Positions 1 to 12,737 of a stretch of 64,000 bases of DNA are shown here, in pieces. Numbering within the stretch: position 1 is the stretch's first letter; each line of letters starts with the position of its first letter. The notes beneath the pieces were generated by a model, which did no database searches, was not told where the DNA came from, and saw nothing but the letters and a program-made list of their open reading frames with translations. The DNA is from Mobula hypostoma. Its lineage: Eukaryota. A program made the position numbers and the translations under genes. The stretch spans positions 16,120,001 to 16,184,000 of the forward strand of contig NC_086097.1 in NCBI RefSeq assembly GCF_963921235.1, read 5' to 3'.

Positions 1-1050
1 TTTCCCGTTATAATCTGTGGTCCACATTCCAGCTATTGTTGGAAGGCCTGTATATAACTATCATCAGGGTTCTTTTACCCTTGCTGTTTCTTAACTCAAA
101 CCACAAAGATTCAATGCCTTCTGACCCTATGTCACATCCTTCTACTGATTTGATGCCATTCTTTACCAACAGAGCCTTGCCATCCCCTCTGCCTACCTTC
201 CTATCCCTCCAATACAACTTGCAACCTTGGACATTCAGCTTCCAACTACAACCATCTTTCAGCCATGATTCAGTGATGGTTACAACATTATACCTAGCAA
301 TCTGTAATAGTGCAACAAGATCATCCACCTTATTTCTTATACTCTGTGGATTGAAATTTTGAGTACTGTATTTGATACCCTTTTTGATTCTGCATCCCTA
401 ATGCACTGATACTCACCCTGCTGGCTGCAATTTTGTCCTATCATCTGCTTGTCCTTCCTGACTGTCAGACTGCACGCGATATTTGCTTTTTTACCATCTG
501 TCCTATCCTGAGTCCCTTCACTCAGTTTCCCACCGTCCTGCCAAATTAGTTTGAACCCTCTCCAACAGCTCTAACAAACCTCCCCACAAGAATATTGATT
601 CCCTTCGGGTTCAGGTGCAACCCATCACTTTTGTACAGGTCATACCTCCCTCAGAAGAGATCCCAATGATCCAAGAACCTGAGGCACTGCCCCCTACATC
701 AGCTTGTCAGCCGCACATTTATCTGCCAAATCATCCTGTTTCTATCCTCACTGGCTCATGGCACAGGTAGCAATCCAGAAATTACTACCCTGGAGGTCCT
801 CTTTCTCAGCTTTCTGCCTAGCCCTTAAATTCTCTCTTCAGGACCATTTTGCTATTCCTTCCTATGTCATTGGTACCAATACATACCAAGACATCTGGCT
901 GCTCTCCCTCCCCCTCCAAGATGCTGTGGAAACATCCCTGACCCTGGCAGCTGGGAGGCAACAAACCATTTGGTTGCCCCGTTCATGTCTACAGAATCTC
1001 CTGTCTGTTCCTCTGACCATTGATTGCCCTATCACTACCACTCCCCTCGA
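1..1050 (-). mobile_element. CR1 LINE 5' portion (ORF1 SGNH-esterase remnant and start of ORF2 endonuclease), decayed
   Basis: Minus-strand translations VIGQSMVRGTDRRFC...VCCLPAARVRDV (CR1 ORF1 esterase) and VTITESWL...IESLWFELRNSKGKRTLMIVIYRP (APE endonuclease); frameshifts and stops. Confidence 0.85.
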
Positions 1051-1220
1051 AGGGCTAAAGGACATTGTTTGGTAAGAGTATTGCCTTTGAGCTCTATCAT
1101 ACTGGGCCTAGAAATGGTTGATTCAGGTTGAAACTGAATAAGCGGGGAGAAAAAAATCGATAAACTTAATTTTATCACTAAGCTGAAAGATACATGAACC
1201 CATCATTGTCCCCAAATTAC

Positions 1221-1281
1221 CTGATTCACGTGCAATTCTTTTCCTTGCGAGCCTCAGCTGCCATGAAGACCTATCATGTGC
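1221..1281 (-). CDS. CATSPERB: CATSPERB coding exon 5 (61 nt, phase 0 to 1): AHDRSSWQLRLARKRIARES
   Basis: ttttatctag acceptor and CAG|gtaatt donor; in frame with the preceding exon; resembles recalled human CATSPERB FSDRILWLVDIPRENITQS (DRxxW...R). Confidence 0.75.
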
Positions 1282-1664
1282 CTAGATAAAATTATTAATA
1301 AAATAAATACAAATTAGTACTACAACTTCAATAACAAATGCTGATTAAATACATAATATTACTAAATTTTAGGAAATGAATAGATTAATTTTAAATAAGA
1401 ACAGCATACTATGGTAGAAATTTCAGTAGATACATGAAAGGCAAAGGTAATCGGTACTTCAAAGTTTACAGGTCATACAATAGATGTATCACAACTGTAT
1501 CTGAATATTATACAAAGCTAGTTTCATTGCAAAAGGACAAACTTTACCAGAATCTTTCAGCTTAGTGATAAAATTCAATTTATAGAATTTTTTCCCTGTT
1601 TATTCTGTTTCCCATCTGAATTTAAATTTCTTTAGAGATTAAGAAACAGGAGTCAAACAAGGAT

Positions 1665-1938
1665 CAGCTGTAGGATCGAGGTTCAATTTCTGCTGCTGTC
1701 TGCAAGGAGTTCGTACATGCTCACATCTGCATGGATTTCCTCCAGGAGCTCTGATTTCCTCTCACATTCCAAAGATGTACGAATAGGATTAGTGAGTTGT
1801 GGGCATGATATGTTGGCGCTGTGAGCGTGGCAACACTTGCAATATGCTCAGCAGAATCCACATTGAATGATTGTTTTAAATGTAAAATGACAAATTCCAT
1901 TGTATGTTTTGATGTACATTTGACAAATAAAGCTAATC
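1665..1938 (+). mobile_element. tRNA-derived V-SINE/HE1-like SINE, decayed
   Basis: B-box-like ggttcaatt, V-domain-like tttcctctcacattccaaagatgt, and gtacatttgacaaataaagctaatctt tail. Confidence 0.6.
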
Positions 1939-2054
1939 TTTAGATAGAGTAACATCATTGTTGACACAGTCATGGGCTGAGGAAGATGTTCCTGTGCTGT
2001 ACTGATGTGTTTCAAATCCTGAATCAAACATCAAATACCTGTGTTTTTCAAACC

Positions 2055-2510
2055 TACAAATATAGGAGGACTAACACCTCAGGGTCAAGTCTCAGTGAAT
2101 ATCCACATCTAAAGGACAAGAGACACTCCTTTGATGATAACAATGTGCACATTTTGGACAGGTGGTTTGAAAGAGGGGTTAAAGAGGCCATCTTTGTCAA
2201 ACTGGAAAACCCATCCCTGTACAGAGGGGGTGGGGTACGAGATCACCTCTCAGCTACTTGCAATGCAGTTCTAACATCTCCACCCCGGCATTTCTACAAC
2301 AGCTCACACCTCCATTCATGCAAAGATAAGACTAATAACCTTCTGTTACCTCTACAACTCTTAATGACCTTCATGTGATTGCTATACCTTCAAACAACTC
2401 AGAGTTTATAAACCAGAAAACTAACCACCTTGGATCAGAACTGAAGAAGCCTGTTGGATGAGTGGTGAAATGTCTCCTGGACAAAACAGCAAGTCCAGTT
2501 GTTTTGATTT
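2055..2510 (+). mobile_element. Penelope-like element 3' fragment (GIY-YIG C-terminus plus pLTR with degenerate hammerhead)
   Basis: HLKDKRHSFDDNNVHILDRWFERGVKEAIFVKLENPSLYRGGG; ctgaagaagcc...ggtgaaatgtc at about 2440-2476. Confidence 0.75.
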
Positions 2511-2914
2511 ACTACTGCTTGATAAGAAATATTTAGTTCTCAGGGCTACACAAGTCATCTAAAACTACCATTTGAAATTGGAGAAATTTTGAAAGAATGA
2601 AGGAAATTTATGCAGCATTATGCGTAGGTAAAATATCTAGGACCTTTGCAAACTCTGGAGTACAACGGATTTAACGTACATAGCAGATATTGTTCAGACT
2701 ACATCCCATTCTTCAGATTAGGTTTGAATGTGAAATTAATTGAGCAATACATATGAGAAAATGAATGCAATTAAAAATTAAACATTAGAAATTTTACGTT
2801 AATTTTGTTTGACAAATACAACTTATTCTGTGAAATTACTTTTGCCAATAAGACTACTGCTTCTATAATGTCATAAAGATATACTATACATACATATGTG
2901 CAATAGAGTCTTAC

Positions 2915-3058
2915 CAAGGTAAACTTGGTGAAAAGTCTGGAAGATCTGTTGAATATCTCTAAATCTGGAACCATTCCAACACTTGCATAGAGAGGCACAG
3001 GGTTCTCCAAAAACTTATTGTTATGTTTTTCCATGAAGTACATCTTGCAGTTGACATA
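2915..3058 (-). CDS. CATSPERB: CATSPERB coding exon 4 (144 nt, phase 0 to 0): YVNCKMYFMEKHNNKFLENPVPLYASVGMVPDLEIFNRSSRLFTKFTL
   Basis: gcatttttacag acceptor and TTG|gtaaga donor; open frame; pattern C...SxGxxPxLxIxN......FxL matches recalled human KIQCFF...VFTSGGLAPSLGIMNSTYNGIFHFNL. Confidence 0.85.
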
Positions 3059-3289
3059 CTGTAAAAATGCAATTCTAATACTCATATCTTTCAATTGAAT
3101 TAAAGTGCAAAAGAATTTTCAGGAATACTAATAATCAGGAGGATCAAATGGCATAGTGACCATACGATATAGGAGCAGAATTAGGCCATGCGGCCCATCA
3201 AGACTGCTCCACCATTCAGTCAATGCTGATTTTTCTTCAACCCCATAGCCATATATTATTATTTAATTTAAGAATGATGTAGCCATGCC

Positions 3290-5830
3290 TACCTACAACA
3301 GGACTCAGACATGGGCTGATGAGGAGTAAATAACAATCACATGACATGAGCTTTAGCAAATTGGTCATCTCAAATAAGACTGGAACTCAAATGAGGACTG
3401 GAAGACCTTTAAAAACTTACAGAAAGAAACTAAGAAAGTCATTAGGAAAGAAAAGATGAATTATGAAAGGAAGTTGGCGATTAACATAAAAAAGGATACT
3501 AAGAGTTTTTTTAAATATATGAAGAGTAAAAGAGTGACAAGGGTAGATATGGGACCGATTGAAAATGATACTGGAGTAATTATAATGGATAACCAAGAGA
3601 TGGCGGAGGAACTGAATGAGTATTTTGCATCAGTCTTCACAGTGGAAGACATAAGCAATATACCTGATAGCCAGAGGTATCAGGGAATAGAATTAGGTAC
3701 AGTCAAGATAACTAGAGAGAAAGTGCTTGGGAAGCTAAGTGGACTAAGAATAGATAAGTCTCCCAGCCCGGATGAGGTGCACCCAAGGGTTCTGAAGGAG
3801 GTGGCTTTGGAGATTGTGGAAGCATTGGAAATGATCTTCCAGGAATCAATAGACTCTGGCATGGTTCCGGAGGACTGGAAGGTCGCAAATGTAGTTCCGC
3901 TATTTAAGAAAGGTAGGAGGCAGCAAAAAGAAAATTACATACCTATTAGTCTGACATCGGTGGTTGGAAAGATATTGGAGTCAATCGTCAAGGACGAGGT
4001 TATGAAATACCTCGTGGTGCATGACAAGATAGGCCGAAGCCAGCATGGTTTCGTGAAGGGAAGATCCTGCCTTACCAACTTATTGGAATTTTTTGAGGTA
4101 ATCTCGAATAAGATTGACAAGGGAGAGGCTGTGGATGTTGTGTATTTGGATTTTCAAAAGGCCTTCGATAAGGTGCCGCATAAGAGGCTGCTTAATAAGA
4201 TGAGAGCCCATGGAATTATAGGAAAGATATTGAAATGGGTGGAGCATTGGCTGATAGGCAGAAAGCAAAGGGTGGGAATAAAGGGATCCTATTCTGATTG
4301 GTTGCCGGTTACTAGTGGTGTTCCGCAGGGGTCGGTGTTGGGGCCGCTTCTTTTTACGATGTATATCGATGATTTGGATTATGGATTAAATGGTTTTGTG
4401 GCCAAGTTTGCGGATGACACTAAGAAAGGTGGAGGAGCAGGAAATGTTGAAGAAACGGAAAGGTTGCAGAGAGACTTAGTCAGTTTAGGAGAGTGGGCAA
4501 AGAAATGGCAGATGAGATACAACGTTGTATGGTTGTACATTTCGGAAGAAGAAATAATCGGGCAGATTATTATTTAGATGGGGAGAAAATTCAAAAATCG
4601 GAAGTGCAAAGGGACTTGGGGGTCCTCGTGCAGGATACCCTAAAGGTTAACCACCAAGTTGGATTGGCAGTAAGGAAAGCGAATGCTATGTTGGCATTCA
4701 TTTCAAGAGGAATAGTGTATAAGAGTAAGGAGGTGTTGATGAGGCTGTATGGGACATTAGTGAGACCTCATTTGGAATACTGTGTGCAGTTTTGGGGACC
4801 CTATCTTAGAAAGGATATACTGATGTTGGAGAGAGTTCAGAGAAGATTTACGAGGATGATTCCTGGAATGCAGGGGCTAACACATGAGGAGCGTCTGTCG
4901 GCTCTTGGATTGTATTCATTAGAGTATAGAAGAATGAGAGGGGATCTCATAGAAATGTTTCGAATGTTGAAAGGGTTGGACACAGTAGATGTGGAAAGGT
5001 TGTTTCCCTTGGTGGGTGAGTCCAGGACAAGAGGCCATAGTGTTAGAATTAGAGGGTACCCGGTTAAAACAGAGATGAGGAGAAATTTTTTTAGCCAGAG
5101 GGTCGTGGATTTGTGGAATTCGTTGCCACATATGGCTGTGGAGGCCCGATCATTGAGGGTGTTTAAGGAGGAGATTGACAGGTATCTAATTAGTCAGGGT
5201 ATCAAGGGATATGGGGAAAAAGGCGGAAATTGGAACTAGATTTGTGAATAGTTTAGCTCATGGGGGAGCTGCGGAGCAGACTCGATGGGCTGAATGGCCT
5301 ACTTCTGCTCCTTTGTCTTGAGATCTTGTGAAGACAGATATGAACATACTCTAAACATACAACAATCTTTACTGTGTCCCCAATCATAATTATATGAGTG
5401 TGGATAATAAGATCCACCGTAACTTGAAACTTAACTGGACCTGTCACATAGATATTACAGCTATCCTGTAGTGAATGGCTCATTTGCTGATTTCACAGAG
5501 CCATTCCACTAGACATGTCCAATGTACTTGATTTAATTCAATCTGTAACTCTTCAGCAAAAGAAGTCATCTATGCCTTACAACACATTCCAAACTTCTAA
5601 CCTCTACCACCAATAAAGAAAGAGATTTTTAAGAACAATGCTATCTGCCAGTTTCTCTTTAATTATACAACATCCTAATTTGAAACCATACCTTTGTTTC
5701 TTCAAGATTGCCAGGTCTAAAATTCTGAATTCCCCAGCCAACAGCTCCGCATTTAGCAACACTTTCTCAAAGGCAATACACAGTGGACAATAAACTGTAT
5801 CCCTACCAGTGATACCAAGCTTTCAATCAT
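3290..5830 (+). mobile_element. Ancient L2/CR1-group LINE 3' remnant, split by the CR1 at 3381-5330
   Basis: Degenerate WAD..Q.T....ISNKR-like segment before 3380, LNWT.HI-like segment after 5335, and a 3'UTR-like segment at about 5700-5815. Confidence 0.45.
3381..5330 (+). mobile_element. CR1 LINE, 5'-truncated, RT domain with one frameshift; 5-bp TSD AAGAC
   Basis: ORFs 3456-4577 and 4493-5239 ([30 protein letters not shown]); AAGAC at 3376-3380 and 5331-5335. Confidence 0.95.
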
Positions 5831-5884
5831 TTTTATCTACAGGAATAGTGTAAGAGGACCAGAAAAAAAGCTAATTTGATAGCA

Positions 5885-6625
5885 GACCATAAGATTTAGG
5901 AGCAGAGGTAGGCTATTCGGCCCATTGAGTCTGCTCCGCCATTTAATCATGGGCTGATCCACTTCATCCAGTCACCCCCACTCCTCTGCCTTCTCCCCAT
6001 ACCCCTTGATGCCCTGGCTAATCAAGAACTTATCTATCTCTGCCTTAAATACACCCAATAACTTGGCCTCCACAGCTGCTCGTGGCAACAAATTCCACAG
6101 ATTTACCACCCTCTGACTGAAGTAATTCCTCTGCATCTCTGTTCTAAATGGACGTCCTTCAATCCTGAAGTCGTGCCCTCTTGTCCTAGAATTCCCTACC
6201 ACGGGAAATAACTTTGCCATATCTAACCTGTTCAGGCCTTTTAACATTTGGAATGTTTCTAAGAGATCCCCCTCATTCTCCTGAACTCCAGGGAATACAG
6301 TTCAAGAGCTGCCAGACGTTCCTCTTAAGGTAACCCTCTCATTCCTGGAATCATTCTCAGGAATCTTCTCTGAACCCTCTCCAATGTCAGTATATGCTTT
6401 CTAAGATAAGGAGCCCAAAACTGCATGCAATACTCACGAGTGCCTTTTAGAGCCTCAACATCACATCCTGGCTCTTATATTCTATACCTCTAGAAATGAA
6501 TGCCAACATTGCATTCGCCTTCTTCACAACCGACTCAGCCTGCAGGTTAACCTTTAGGGTATCTTGCATAAGGACTCCCAAGTCTCTTTGCATCTCTGTA
6601 TTTTGAATTTTCTCCCCATCTAAAA
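5885..6625 (-). mobile_element. CR1 LINE 3' fragment
   Basis: KKANAMLAFISRGIEYKS and FSQRVVNLWN...IKGYGEKA; CR1 3'UTR. Confidence 0.9.
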
Positions 6626-6884
6626 TGTTATTTAAAAATGTACAAGGGGAAATCAAGATCAATTCTGCACCATCAACCTTGGCATTGAATATGGGAATGT
6701 CATGGGAAACATCTGAGTGGTAGTATAAATCATTATTTAAAAGGCACAGTTTACTCAAGAACAGTCAGCATGCACTTAATAAAAGAAAACCATGCCTGGA
6801 TTTTTTTTAAGATTGGTAGTCAAGAATACTGGTCAGGATAAGATTTTTGGTGTAGTCAAAAAAGCCAAAACTTTCTATCCCATT

Positions 6885-7655
6885 ATCCATTCCTACCATT
6901 CAGGGCCCTAAACAGTCCTTCCAGGCAAGGCAATACTTCACCTGTGAGTCTGTTGGTGTCATCTATAGTATCTGGTGCTCCCAGTGTGGCCTCCTATATA
7001 TCGGTGAGACCCAATGTTGATTGGCAGACTGTTTCACCGAGCACCTACACTCCATCTGCCAGAAAAAGCAGAATCTCCCAGTGGCCACCCATTTTATTTC
7101 CACTTTCCATTCCCATTCTGACTTGTCACTCCATGACCTCCTCTACTGCTGCGATGAGGCCATACTCAGGTTGTAGGAGCAACATTTTATATTCCGTTTG
7201 GGTAGCCTCTTACCTGATGACTTAAACATCGATTTCTCAAACTTCCAGTAAAGCCCCTCCCTTCATTATTCCCAATTCCCATTTCCCTTTTTCATCTCAT
7301 CACCTTACCTGCCCATCATCTCCCACTGGTACTCCTCTCCCTTCTCCTTCTTCCATGGCCTTCTGTCCTCTCCTATCAGATTCCCCCTTCTCCAGTCCTT
7401 TATCTCTTTCACTACTAGACTTCCTAGTTCTTTACTGTATCCCTCCCAGTTTCACCTATCGCCTACTACCTTGTATTTCTTCCTCCCCCCACCTTCTAAA
7501 TCTGACTTCTCATCTTTTTTCTCCAGTCCTGATGAGGGATCTCAGCCCAAAATGTCGACTAGTTACTTTTTTCCATAGATGCTGCCTGACCTGCTGAGTT
7601 CCTCCAGTACTTTGTGTGTGTTGCTTGGATTTCCAGCATCTGCAGATTTTTTCTT
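6885..7655 (+). mobile_element. Penelope-like element 3' fragment (GIY-YIG plus pLTR with degenerate hammerhead)
   Basis: Homologous to 36095-36900; cctgatgaggg...cccaaaatgtcgact at about 7524-7562. Confidence 0.85.
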
Positions 7656-8136
7656 GTCTATGCTATTATGTCTTGCCTCAAGGGCTTTCTTGAAAGTATC
7701 TTGGCTGCTTCTCAAGGACACTTCCCAGTCGCAAACAATGAAAGGGCTAATGTGAGATCCCAAGGCTAAGAATCACTAAATCTGAAGAGGCAGATAGGTG
7801 TCTAAGCTGTAATGGAATGAAAACTGCCAAATAAAAGGAAAAATATAGAAATCAACTTCCATTGAAATAATATTACGAATGTAATAAACTGAACCAAGAA
7901 AGATGGATTCAGTTAATGATAGAAAGTGAAGGACTTTCAGCAAGCAAAAGACTGCTTCCCAAATGCAAATTATACAGTAATATTGTATAAACAGGTCCAT
8001 AGGGAAATTGAAAAGCTTGAATGGGAGTGTGATAGATAGAGGTAGAAACAAAGGTATTACAGTATAATAAATAGACTAAGGACATAGAACAGATTTAGAG
8101 GATAGAAAGGTGTAGTCTTTTGCAAAGGTCATCTGT

Positions 8137-8546
8137 GGGATGGGAATAAGGGAGCTAGGGCTTTACTCTTTGGAGAGAAGGAGGATGAGAGGAGACATGA
8201 CAAAGGTGTACAAGATAATAAGAAGAATAGATAGAGTGGATAGCCAGCACCTCTTCCCCAGGGCACCACTGCTCAATACAAGAGGACATGGCTTTAAGGT
8301 AAGAGGTGGGAAGTTCAAGGGGGATATTAGAGGAAGGTTTTTTACTCAGAGAGTGGTTGGTGCGTGGAATGCACTGCCTGAGTCAGTGGTGGAGGCAGAT
8401 ACACTAGTGAAGTTTAAGAGACTACTAGACAGGTATATGGAGGAATCTAAGGTGGGGGCTTATATGGGAGGCAGGGTTTGAGGGTCGGCACAACATTGTG
8501 GGCCGAACGGCCTGTACTGTGCTGTACTATTCTATGTTCTATGTTC
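8137..8546 (+). mobile_element. CR1 LINE 3' end with (gttctat)n tail
   Basis: ELGLYSLERRRMRGD...FFTQRVVGAWNALP; tail ttctatgttctatgttct. Confidence 0.9.
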
Positions 8547-9304
8547 TTACAAAGGAATGCTAAAAAATCTTCGATGCCCAGTTGTCCTATGAAACATTGT
8601 GACTTTTTGTTGTCAACTGCATGCGCGACATTTAACCGAGAAACTAAGGAAACAAGCATTTTATCCAGAAGAAGCTCAAGTCCAATAATAACTCATTGAA
8701 TGGTGATGAGGGAGAGGAAGGTGATGACAAGCAAGGTAGGAAAGCCGTATACATGTTCAGTGAATACTTTGAAGCAGCTAACAGTGCAGGTGGCAACCAA
8801 CTCACTTGAACAACAAATAAGAATTTGTCGGGGCTCTTGACAATTAAATTATGATTTAGCTTATGACTTTCTTGAACTACTGATCATCTTAAAAATTCTA
8901 AGAAGTCAAGTGAATAATTTCTGATGATATTATAACATACATGCATTCTTTTGTAGAAATTATATCTTCGTAATATACTTGTTGTATTTAAGTAAGAGAG
9001 CAATTGAACAACAGCAATAGTGGGAAACATTGAACTCACAATATTCTGTAAAAGAGGAAATAAATGTCTAATCCATATAATGGAAGTTTGACCGGAATCC
9101 AAAGAAAGAAAGGATAATTTATCAATCTTCCATCGGCCATTTATTCCCATTGACATTAATAAAGCTGTAGTACTTGTGAGTAAAATGTGATGCTGAAGGA
9201 AAGCCCGGATAGTAATTGGAAGCAAAGTTGATGAAATTTTCTCCACTTATCTTATCCTTTCGTAAAATCCTAAGGAAAAGACAAATCAGATCCACTCATC
9301 CTTT

Positions 9305-10640
9305 TATATCAGCCAACCAGAAAAGGGTCCCTTTATTCCCACTCTTTGCCTCGTGCCAATCAGCCACTGCTTTATCCATCCTAGAAACTTCCCTGTAATA
9401 CCATGGGCTCGTAGCATGTTAAGCAGCCTCATGTGTGGCACCTTGTCAAAGGTCTTCTGAAAATCCAAATACATAACATCAACTAATGTTCCTTTGTCTA
9501 TTCTGCTTGATATTTCTTCAAAGAATTCCAACAGGTTTGACAGACAAGATTTTCCCTTGAGGAAACCATACTGACTATGGCCTATTTTATCATGTGCCTC
9601 CAAGTACCCTGAGACCTCATCCTTAATAATCGACTCCAACACCTTCCCAACCACTGAGGTCAGACTAACTGCCCTATAGTTTCTTTTCTTCTGCTTCTTT
9701 CTCTTCTTGAAGAGTGGATTCGCATTTGCAATTTTCCTGTGTTCTGGAACCATTGCAGAACCTAGTGATTCTTGAAAGATCATCACTAATGCTTCCACGA
9801 TCTCTTCAGTCACCTCTTTCTGAACCCTGGGGTGTACATTATCTGGTCCAGGTGACTTACCTACCTTCAGACCTTTCAGTTTCCCAAGAACCTTCACTCT
9901 AGTGATGGTAACTTCACTCACTTCATGACCCCTGACACATGGAACATCCACCATATACTGCCAGTGTCTTCCACACTGAAGACTGACTCAAAATACTTAA
10001 TCAGTTCATCCACCACTTTGGTGTCCCCATTACTACTTCTCCAGCATCGTTTTCCAATGGTTCAATATCTACTCTCACCTCTCTTTTATACTTTATGTAT
10101 CCGAAGAAACTTTTGGTATCCTCTTTAATATTATTGGCTAGCTTACTTTCATATTTCTTCACTTTCTTAATGGTTATTTTAGTTACCCTCTGTTGGCTAT
10201 TAAAAGCTTCCCAATCCTCTAACTTCCCACTAATTTTGTTCTATTATATGCTTTTATATATTCTTTGGCCAACTCCTCTCTCATGCCTCTGTAATTCCCT
10301 TTACTCCACTGTAATACTGATACATTGACTTTAGTTTCTCCTTCTGAAATTGCAGGGTGAATTCGATTGTCTTATGATCACTTGCCCCTCAGGGTTCTTT
10401 TGCCTTAAGGTCTCTATCCACAATGACTCAACACCATCCGACCCTAATGATTGAATTTCAGTTTTTACCAACAGAGCAATGCTGCATTCTCTTCCTTCCT
10501 GCCTGTTCTTTTGATACAATGTGTTTCCTTAGACATTAAGCTTCCAGCTATAATCTTCTTTCAGCCATGATTCAGTGATGCCTACAACATCATACCTGCC
10601 AATCTGCAACTGTGCTCTAGGTTCATCTATCTTATTCCTG
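9305..10640 (-). mobile_element. CR1 LINE internal fragment (EN-RT), decayed
   Basis: ORF 9304-9954 KSPGPDNVHPRV...YLDFQKTFDKVPH. Confidence 0.9.
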
Positions 10641-10749
10641 TTTTTACTTCAATATGCCTTGATTTAATTATTACCAAGGCCCCTTGATATCACAAGAGCA
10701 AATACAACCTTGATATGATATCAATGGAAACTACTTCACCTACAGACTG

Positions 10750-11312
10750 AGGCTCTCCTTTGGTTGGGTTGACCATGGATATTGTATCCAAGCTGCCTAC
10801 GTGATACACAAGCCAGGGCAGTACAATATGGAGAGGAAGCTATTGCCCATGCAGCAGGCTACCCCTCTCCACACAGCTGATGAATCCAAAGGAATGGCAC
10901 AGACCAATACAGTTTGGCACTACTGCATTACAGGAGTTATCAGTCAGCATTGAACTCAACCTAAGACTTCCTTAGGGGCTCCAGCTCCAGAATTTTCCCT
11001 CGGGGTTTACTCCCGATGCCTTCCCAAGTGTGGGTATAACCGCAAGGCAGCAGAGGTTTGAGATCAGAGTTTTTCTTCTTCTGGATGAGTGGCCAAATGA
11101 GCCCCATGTGCCCAAAGTGACTGGTTTTAAGACACCAGTAACCCGCCTTTGCCCTTCTATCAGTAGAAACAATTCCGCCAGACACATGTGAAGGCCAGGA
11201 GCTGGACTTGATTGTCAGAGGGTATTTGAGATGCACGTCACTGGGAGCATTTAATAAGTTGTAGGAGCTTGTCCCTATTACTTCCCACAGCTACGACAAC
11301 CTTAAAGAACCT
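10750..11312 (-). mobile_element. Non-autonomous RTE-derived short element
   Basis: 3' end ccatggtc...aagga resembles the 3' ends of the RTE copies at about 52480 and 63800; middle is similar to the body of the SINE at 39975-40290; no ORF. Confidence 0.5.
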
Positions 11313-11909
11313 ACTTACAGAATTCAACTCATTACACCACCTGGAGCCAAATGATCCTGACAAAAACTCAACTGAACATTGGTAAGCAGATTAGTGGTAA
11401 GTAAATTTCACTTGATAACATTATTGAAGACACCATCCAACAGTTCGCTGATGTCCAAAGTAGACTAATTCAGTTGTAATTAGCAAAGAGGATTTGATTT
11501 CACATGTAGTGAATGAATTGGCTACAGAGTGGGTTCTTTGATGGTGGGAAAGACAGGAGAAAGCTGAAATTCATCATTCACTTGGCACTTTTAGCTGAGA
11601 AAATGGCATTATGGTATTATGTTTACTTCACATTCACTTAAAAACTAATCAACATTATCAACTTTTGAATGGAGTTCATGTGGGAACATTGCCAAATAGT
11701 AGAGCTATAGATGTCAGTCTAACATAATTTATTTAATCATTTATTGTATGCTGCTTCAACATTCTGATTTACTGAGAATTTAACTCTGTTACAGTTCATA
11801 ATTCCTAAACTCCTTACAGTAAGTAGGCTATATGGCCCATTAAATCTATGCCAGTTCGAAAAATATTTTCTTCAGACTTATACATCTACCATTTCTCACA
11901 CCTCCATAA

Positions 11910-12135
11910 AGGTAGCCTCCAACCTGATGGCGTAAATACTGATTTCTCCTTCTGGTAAAAAAAAATTTCCTTCCACCTCCCTCTTCTTCTATTTCCCACT
12001 CTGGACTCTTAACTCTTCTCACCTGCCTATTATATCAACTGGATCCCCTCCTCCTCCCCTTTCTCCTATGGTCTATGGTCCACACTCCTTTCCGATCAGA
12101 TTCCCTCCTCTCCAGCCCTTTATCTTTCAAACCCA
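11910..12135 (+). mobile_element. Penelope 3' fragment
   Basis: ggtagcctccaacctgatggc...gatttctc followed by the pyrimidine-rich 3'UTR seen in other copies. Confidence 0.7.
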
Positions 12136-12258
12136 GAGCAGGAATCAGAGTGCCAGTGAGTGGAGAGGTTGTGGAGACAGATGTTAGTAAAACCTTAGAC
12201 AGTCAGGAATCAAAAGGGTGAGCATGGTGAGCACTAGTGTCCTGAACTGTATATATTT

Positions 12259-12737
12259 TAGAAACATAGAAACATAGAAAACTTATGCTTTCTAAGTTGT
12301 GCCGAACATGTCCCTACCTTAGAAATTATTAGAATTCCCCATAGCCCTCTATTTTTCTAAGCTCCATCTACTTATCTAAAAGTCTCTTGAAAGACCCTAT
12401 CGTATCCACCTCCACCACCGTTGCCGGCAGCCGATTCCACACACTCACCACTCTGAGTAAAAAACTTACCCCTGACATCTCCTCTGTACCTTCTCCCCAG
12501 CACCTTAAAACTGTGTCCTCTTGTGGCAACAATTTCAGCCCTGGGAAAAAGCCTCTTCACACGAGCCATCCACACGATCAATGCCTCTCATCATCTTATA
12601 CACCTCTATCCGGTCACCTCTCATCCTCCATTGCTCCAAGGAGAAAAGGCAGAGTTCACTCAACCTGTTTCCATAAGGCATACTCCCCAACCCAGGCAAC
12701 ATCCTTGTTAATCTCCTCTGCACCCTTTCTATGGCTT
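12259..12737 (-). mobile_element. CR1 3' end nested in CR1, (tttctatg)n tail
   Basis: IERVQRRLTRMLPGL...; tail seen on plus strand as tagaaacatagaaacatag. Confidence 0.9.

Noticed and set aside
11150..11240. Possible HDV-like ribozyme in the RTE-derived element
   Set aside because: I could not build a complete nested double pseudoknot from this copy; needs a covariance-model search on the family consensus
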